A stretch of 64,000 nucleotides of DNA, taken from NCBI GenBank assembly GCA_051745145.1, contig JBNJDT010000003.1, positions 16,221 through 80,220 of the forward strand, in the 5' to 3' direction. A program made the position numbers and the translations under genes. Positions within the stretch are counted from its first letter, which is position 1; each line of letters begins with the position of its first letter. Below the pieces are notes generated by a model. That model saw only the letters and a program-made list of their open reading frames with translations. It was not told the DNA's origin and searched no databases. Below, piece after piece: positions 58,986 through 64,000 of this stretch. Origin of the DNA: Elusimicrobiota bacterium. Its GTDB lineage: Bacteria > CG03 > SLGR01 > JAGXOG01.

Positions 58986-60309
58986 AAAATTAAGCTTTGT
59001 AATTTTCTGGATAATTTTATTAAACTTTTTCGGTCTAAATTACGGCCGGACCGGTGAAAAAACCGTCATAGATATTGATAAAGCAGTTGAAATTGCCCTA
59101 AACAGAAACGAAGGGTTAAAAGCAACCCGGGCAAATATTGAAAAAGCCCGCGGGGAATTAATAAGTGCCCGAGCTGGTTTCTTGCCCTCTGTAACCGCTT
59201 CCGGTTCCCACGTTTATTTAGATGAAAAAATGCAGACCACCGCCGGTATAGACCCGATAACCGGAACTATGATAACCAAATCTTTAGGCAGAGATCAATA
59301 TTCTTTAACCGGCTCAATAAAACAAGCTGTATTTACAGGCTTTAGAAATTACAGTTCTTACAACAGCGCCGGTCTGAATCTTGATCTACAGAAAACCAAT
59401 TATCAAAGCGAAAAAAATGAACTTGCATTTAAAGTTAAAGAGGCTTATTACCGGGCAGTACTGGCCGAAGAAATGGTATCTTTAAACCGGGAAGCTTACC
59501 GGCAGCTGAAAGAACACGTCCGGCAGACTAAAAAAAGATACGATGACGGGCTGGTTTCCCGTCTGGAACTTCTCAGGGCCCGGGTAGAGGCGGAAAACCA
59601 GGAGCCGAAGCTCACCGAGGCCAAAAATCTTTATCAGCAGACCCGGTCCTCTTTTAAATCCCTTTTAAGTATAGAACCGGATAAAAATATAAAACTGAAA
59701 GACAGCCTTGAAACCCGGGAGGAAGAATTCAAAGACATTGAGCTCAATGCTAAAATAAAAAAAGCCTTAAAAAACAATCCCCGGATACAGGCTCTAAAGC
59801 TACAAAAAAAGATGGCCGAAAAGCGCATAACGACAGCCCGTTCCCAAAGATATCCCAGTATTTTTGCGGTCTACAATTACAACTACGAAAAACCGGCTCA
59901 GGGAATCAACGATTGGGATGACAGCTGGAATATTATGCTCCAGATGGAATTACCTATCTTTACAGGTTTTGCAACTCACGGGAAAATAAAAAGTGCAAAG
60001 GCTGGTTCTGAAAAATTAAAGCATTCTATAGGAGAAACTGAAAAAAATACGGCCCTGGCAGTGGAAAATGCTGTATTAAAGATCGAAAAAGAGAAAGAGA
60101 CTATACAGTCCCAGCAAAAAAATGTAAAACAGGCCGGAGAAGCTCTGGATATAGCCAACAAACGCTACCGCAACGGTTTAATATCAAATATTGAATATAT
60201 GGATACCCAGCTTTCCCTTACCCGGGCCAGGATAAATTTACTTAACGCAAAAGCAGATTATTTTATTGCTCTTGCCAGTCTAGAAAAAGTTACCGGAGGA
60301 GAAAACTAA
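58972..60309 (+). CDS. TolC-family outer membrane efflux protein
   Basis: Signal peptide; two OEP repeats with characteristic coiled-coil heptads. Confidence 0.8.
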   Translation: MKRIKKLSFVIFWIILLNFFGLNYGRTGEKTVIDIDKAVEIALNRNEGLKATRANIEKARGELISARAGFLPSVTASGSHVYLDEKMQTTAGIDPITGTMITKSLGRDQYSLTGSIKQAVFTGFRNYSSYNSAGLNLDLQKTNYQSEKNELAFKVKEAYYRAVLAEEMVSLNREAYRQLKEHVRQTKKRYDDGLVSRLELLRARVEAENQEPKLTEAKNLYQQTRSSFKSLLSIEPDKNIKLKDSLETREEEFKDIELNAKIKKALKNNPRIQALKLQKKMAEKRITTARSQRYPSIFAVYNYNYEKPAQGINDWDDSWNIMLQMELPIFTGFATHGKIKSAKAGSEKLKHSIGETEKNTALAVENAVLKIEKEKETIQSQQKNVKQAGEALDIANKRYRNGLISNIEYMDTQLSLTRARINLLNAKADYFIALASLEKVTGGEN

Positions 60310-61220
60310 TGTTTAAAAAGATAATCGGGATTATAACAATACTCGTAATAGGCGGACTTATTGCCTTTAGAGTTGCTACCCTTAAAGAAGAAGATAATAA
60401 TAACTCTTCAAAGAAAGATACACAGGCAAAATCAACCCCCGTGGCCGTTGAAAAACCGGAATACGGAAAAATCGAAGGAACATCTGATTTTATAGGAAAT
60501 ATCAAGGGTAAAAATCAGGCCAAAGTCTTTCCGGAAGCTCCCGGCCGGCTGGTCAAAACCCGGGTAAGTGAAGGCGATACCGTAAAAAAAGACCGGGTAA
60601 TAGCCCTGTTAACCCGGGAGATAACCGGGTCGGATTATGAAAATATAAAAGTGAGGGCTCCCACCCGGGGAACTGTTACAAGAATATACCCGGACTCAGG
60701 AGACATTGTTTCCCGGGAGACCCCTATTGCTCTTATATCCGAACTGGATGAAGTAAAAATAAGTTTCAGTATCCCCTCAAAAGATCTGCCCAGAGTCAAT
60801 AAGGGAGATATCGCGCGGATACAAGTGGATACTTATCCGGATAAAAAGTTTACAGGACGGGTTACCCGGCTGAGTATCTCTCTTGATGAAATTACCCGTA
60901 CGGCCTACGGGGAAGTTACGGTTCAAAACCCTAATCAGCTGCTGCTGCCGGGCATGTTTGCAAATCTACAAATAATAAGCGAAACCAGAGAAAAAGCTCT
61001 TCTGCTCCCCAGGGATGCCGTTCTCCGGGATCTGGAAAAAGAGACTTTCCATGTATTTGTATTCGATGAAGGACAGGCAGTCAAAAAAAATTTACAGACC
61101 GGTATCACCGCAGTCGGAAAAATTGAAGTTCTTTCTGGCCTTAAACCCGAAGATCAAGTAATAGTAGACGGTCAAAATTTTCTTGAAGACGGTCAAAGAG
61201 TCCGGATACCCGATAAATAG
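60309..61220 (+). CDS. RND efflux periplasmic adaptor (membrane fusion protein)
   Basis: N-terminal TM anchor, biotinyl-lipoyl-like and beta-barrel domains ('VKVRAPTRGTVTRIY'). Confidence 0.8.
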   Translation: MFKKIIGIITILVIGGLIAFRVATLKEEDNNNSSKKDTQAKSTPVAVEKPEYGKIEGTSDFIGNIKGKNQAKVFPEAPGRLVKTRVSEGDTVKKDRVIALLTREITGSDYENIKVRAPTRGTVTRIYPDSGDIVSRETPIALISELDEVKISFSIPSKDLPRVNKGDIARIQVDTYPDKKFTGRVTRLSISLDEITRTAYGEVTVQNPNQLLLPGMFANLQIISETREKALLLPRDAVLRDLEKETFHVFVFDEGQAVKKNLQTGITAVGKIEVLSGLKPEDQVIVDGQNFLEDGQRVRIPDK

Positions 61221-64000
61221 ATGAAATTATACGAACTTTCCGTTAAAAGAAAAATCACGTTCATAATGATATTTATTGCCGTGGTGGGGCTGGGACTGGT
61301 TTCTCTTTTCCAGCTTCAGCCCGAGCTCCTTCCCGATATAACCTATCCCGCGGCTACCGTACAAATAACTTATGAGGGAGTAGGCCCCGTGGAAATGGAA
61401 AACCTGGTATCCCGGCATATCGAACAGGGAGTGGCGGCCATAGACCGGGTTGAAGATATCTCTACTACAATAACGGAGGGGCGAAGCGTTACAACAGTGG
61501 AGTTTGAGTGGGGGACGGATATGGATGCTGCCGTGGCCGATATCCGTTCCACCCTGGATATGACTGAAAGGGCTCTCCCCGATGATGCTTCCAGCCCCAT
61601 GGTATTTCAATTTGATTTTTCCATGATGCCCATTATGTTTATAGGTTTAAGCGGTCCTATGGACAGAGCAAAGATGAGAGAACTATCTGAAGACATTGTC
61701 GAACCCCGACTGGAAAACGTAAAAGGAATTGCCGCAGTTACTACCGGCGGCGGTCGGGAGCGGGAAATAAGAGTTGCCCTGAATAGATCTAAACTGGAAT
61801 CTCTTAACATCCCCATCTCCAGAATCACTGCGGCCGTAAGAAATGAAAATATCAGCCGGCCCGGCGGTAATATAGAAAGTCAAAAAAGAGAATATCTAAT
61901 ACGGACCGACAGCGAATTTAAGGATATTGACAGTATAGGGGATATCATTATTGACGTTAAAGACGGAGTTCCTCTTTTTTTAAGAGATATTGCCGATTTA
62001 AGAGATACTTACAAAGACCGGGTAAACCAGATGAAAATGAACGGCGAACCGGCGGTAATGTTAATTATCCAGCGCCAGTCCGGTGCCAATACTGTCGAAG
62101 CGGCCCGAAATGTAAGAGAGGCTATACCCGATATAAAAAGAGAACTTCCCCGGGGAGTAGAATTTAATATCCTAACGGATACTTCGGAATTTATTGAAAA
62201 ATCAATCGGCGATCTCGGTTCCGTTGCCTGGCAGGGGGGACTGCTGGCCGTACTTATTTTACTTTTTTTCCTGAGAAATTTAAGAGCCACTTTTATTATA
62301 GCCCTGGCCATACCCATCTCTATCATAGCCTGCTTCACAGCCATGCGGGCCGGAGGGGTCACCCTTAATGTTATGTCCCTTGGCGGACTGGCCCTTGTAG
62401 TGGGAATGCTGGTGGATAATTCTGTAGTGGTCCTTGAGAATATATTCAGACACAGGGAAGAAGGAGAAACTCTACAAGAAAGTTCTATCTGGGGAGCGGC
62501 TGAAGTGGCCATGCCTATTACCGCGTCCACCCTTACCACAATAGTTGTATTTTTGCCCATATTTTTCATACCCGGTATAGCCGGAGTGCTGTTTAAAGAA
62601 CAGGCTATAACGGTAACTCTCTCTCTGGCAGTCTCCCTTTTTGTCGCTCTCTCCCTGATACCCCTTTTAAGTTCCCTGCTATTAAAGATAGAACCTGGAG
62701 AAAAAAAGTTAAACCTGGCCGGGAAATTATCCAAAAAATTTCTTAACTGGCTTGAAAATCATTACGAAAAATTGATTTCCTGGGCTCTTTCCCACAGAAA
62801 GGTAGTCATATTTTCTGTTTTAACTCTATTTATAATCAGTATCTTAACTATTTTCCCCCTGGGCTGGGTAGCCACCGAATTTATGCCTAAAGTAGACCAG
62901 GGAGAAATAAATATTAATATTGAAATGCCTGTAGGTACAAAGCTGGAAACGACAATCAAAAAAACAGAACAGATCGAAAATATAGTATTTTCCGAAGTCC
63001 CCGAAATAGAAGACTCACGAACCAGGGTAGGCCCGGGCAGCGGACCGGGAGGACGGGGACGCAGCGGGTCCCATATTGCAGAAATTTCTCTGGACCTGGT
63101 TGATATATCCCAAAGGGACCGGTCTCAGTGGGATATAACGGCGGATTTAAGAAAGAAACTCAAAGATATTACCGGAACCAATATAAGATTCGGCGGGGGC
63201 TCCGCAGGCGGGGGACTGCTGGGCGGGGGTACCTCCATTGAAATAGAAATTTTCGGTTATGATTTTGAAACGGCAAAATCACTGGCCCGAAAAATAGAAA
63301 AAATTGTAGAAGAGACTCCCGGCACAAGTGATGTGGACTCCTCTATTGAAGAGACCAGACTGGAATACAATGTCGATATAGACCGGGCCAAAGCCGGAGT
63401 TTTCGGCCTCTCCGCTTCGGCGGTCTCCGGCCAGATAGAGACCTATATACAGGGCCAGACTCCCAGTTATTTTAGAATACAGGGAGACGAATATCCTATT
63501 ACGGTGAGACTAAAAGAAGAAGACAGAAAATCCATAAGTCAGCTGGAAAATCTTCCCATAGCCACCCCCGCGGGGCAAATCGTAAAATTAAAATCTTTTG
63601 CCACAGTAAGACCGGCTATGGGGCCGGTTTCCATCGAGCGGAAAAATCAGAGCCGCCTGGCCACAGTTACCGCCGATTACACCGGAAGAGATTTAGGTTC
63701 TGTCAGTGGACAGATAGAGAGCCGGCTGGATGATTTAACTTTACCTTCGGATTTTATAGTAAAAATGGGCGGAGAAACTGAAGAACAAAGAGAATCCTTC
63801 CAGTGGCTGGCCCTGGCCTTTCTGGGAGCTGTAATTTTAGTATACATGGTCATGGCCTCCCAGTTTGAATCCCTGCTGGACCCTTTTATAGTAATGTTTT
63901 CAATACCCCTGGCCATTATAGGAGTAATATGGCTTTTCTTTTTCACCGGGACCAGTCTCTCGGTCATATCTATTATAGGAATAATAATGCTCACCGGAAT
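61221..64000 (+). CDS. RND efflux permease (AcrB/HAE1-like), 3' end outside window
   Basis: Open frame from ATG 61221 to window end; 'MKLYELSVKRKITFIMIFIAVV...', 'GGLALVVGMLVDNSVVVLENI' conserved TM4 motif. Confidence 0.85.
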   Translation, partial: MKLYELSVKRKITFIMIFIAVVGLGLVSLFQLQPELLPDITYPAATVQITYEGVGPVEMENLVSRHIEQGVAAIDRVEDISTTITEGRSVTTVEFEWGTDMDAAVADIRSTLDMTERALPDDASSPMVFQFDFSMMPIMFIGLSGPMDRAKMRELSEDIVEPRLENVKGIAAVTTGGGREREIRVALNRSKLESLNIPISRITAAVRNENISRPGGNIESQKREYLIRTDSEFKDIDSIGDIIIDVKDGVPLFLRDIADLRDTYKDRVNQMKMNGEPAVMLIIQRQSGANTVEAARNVREAIPDIKRELPRGVEFNILTDTSEFIEKSIGDLGSVAWQGGLLAVLILLFFLRNLRATFIIALAIPISIIACFTAMRAGGVTLNVMSLGGLALVVGMLVDNSVVVLENIFRHREEGETLQESSIWGAAEVAMPITASTLTTIVVFLPIFFIPGIAGVLFKEQAITVTLSLAVSLFVALSLIPLLSSLLLKIEPGEKKLNLAGKLSKKFLNWLENHYEKLISWALSHRKVVIFSVLTLFIISILTIFPLGWVATEFMPKVDQGEININIEMPVGTKLETTIKKTEQIENIVFSEVPEIEDSRTRVGPGSGPGGRGRSGSHIAEISLDLVDISQRDRSQWDITADLRKKLKDITGTNIRFGGGSAGGGLLGGGTSIEIEIFGYDFETAKSLARKIEKIVEETPGTSDVDSSIEETRLEYNVDIDRAKAGVFGLSASAVSGQIETYIQGQTPSYFRIQGDEYPITVRLKEEDRKSISQLENLPIATPAGQIVKLKSFATVRPAMGPVSIERKNQSRLATVTADYTGRDLGSVSGQIESRLDDLTLPSDFIVKMGGETEEQRESFQWLALAFLGAVILVYMVMASQFESLLDPFIVMFSIPLAIIGVIWLFFFTGTSLSVISIIGIIMLTG

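Noticed and set aside
62009-62734. 241-aa minus-strand ORF (and smaller ones 61227..61883)
   Set aside because: Antisense to the RND permease gene, which is strongly supported on the + strand.
1-64000. CRISPR arrays, transposases/IS elements, integrases, phage genes, toxin-antitoxin or defence-system cassettes
   Set aside because: No spaced direct repeats, no terminal inverted repeats flanking ORFs, and no ORF with recognisable transposase, integrase, restriction or other defence domains. All sizeable ORFs have housekeeping assignments.

Overview
The window is an AT-rich (~35% GC by eye) bacterial chromosomal segment. It is dominated by a ~47 kb tightly packed block of housekeeping genes, all on the minus strand (11255..58457), with Firmicutes/Terrabacteria-like local synteny: phoH-7TM_HD-ybeY-dgkA; yacL-ispD-ispF; yybS-rplI-dnaB; rpsF-ssb-rpsR; glmU-like-prs-ctc-pth. 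The most notable content is a complete electron-bifurcating-type [FeFe] hydrogenase module, hydC-hydB-hydA followed by maturases hydF-hydG-hydE (20857..29086). Its start codon is preceded by a perfect Rex operator (TTGTGAAaaatTTCACAA), which suggests NADH/NAD+-responsive control. The module is bracketed by tandem MgtE Mg2+ channels upstream and tandem CNNM/CorB-type putative Mg2+ exporters downstream. Pyruvate-phosphate dikinase plus a membrane-integral H+/Na+-pyrophosphatase indicate PPi-based anaerobic energy economy. At the 3' end a MarR-TolC-MFP-RND efflux operon, together with an MlaFED-like system, shows a diderm envelope. Less routine items:
- an amino-acid permease fused to a PTS-EIIA(Ntr)-type domain;
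- a DUF1573/thioredoxin-like/CcdA triple-fusion next to a degenerate metallophosphatase-like lipoprotein;
- an MlaD with a long C-terminal extension;
- a GlmU homologue lacking its acetyltransferase half;
- a DgkA-PAP2 fusion;
- a structured rpsF leader.
No rRNA, tRNA, CRISPR, transposase or phage genes were seen. I did not find a clearly novel multi-gene system (for example a defence island), so the findings are mostly domain-architecture and regulatory observations.
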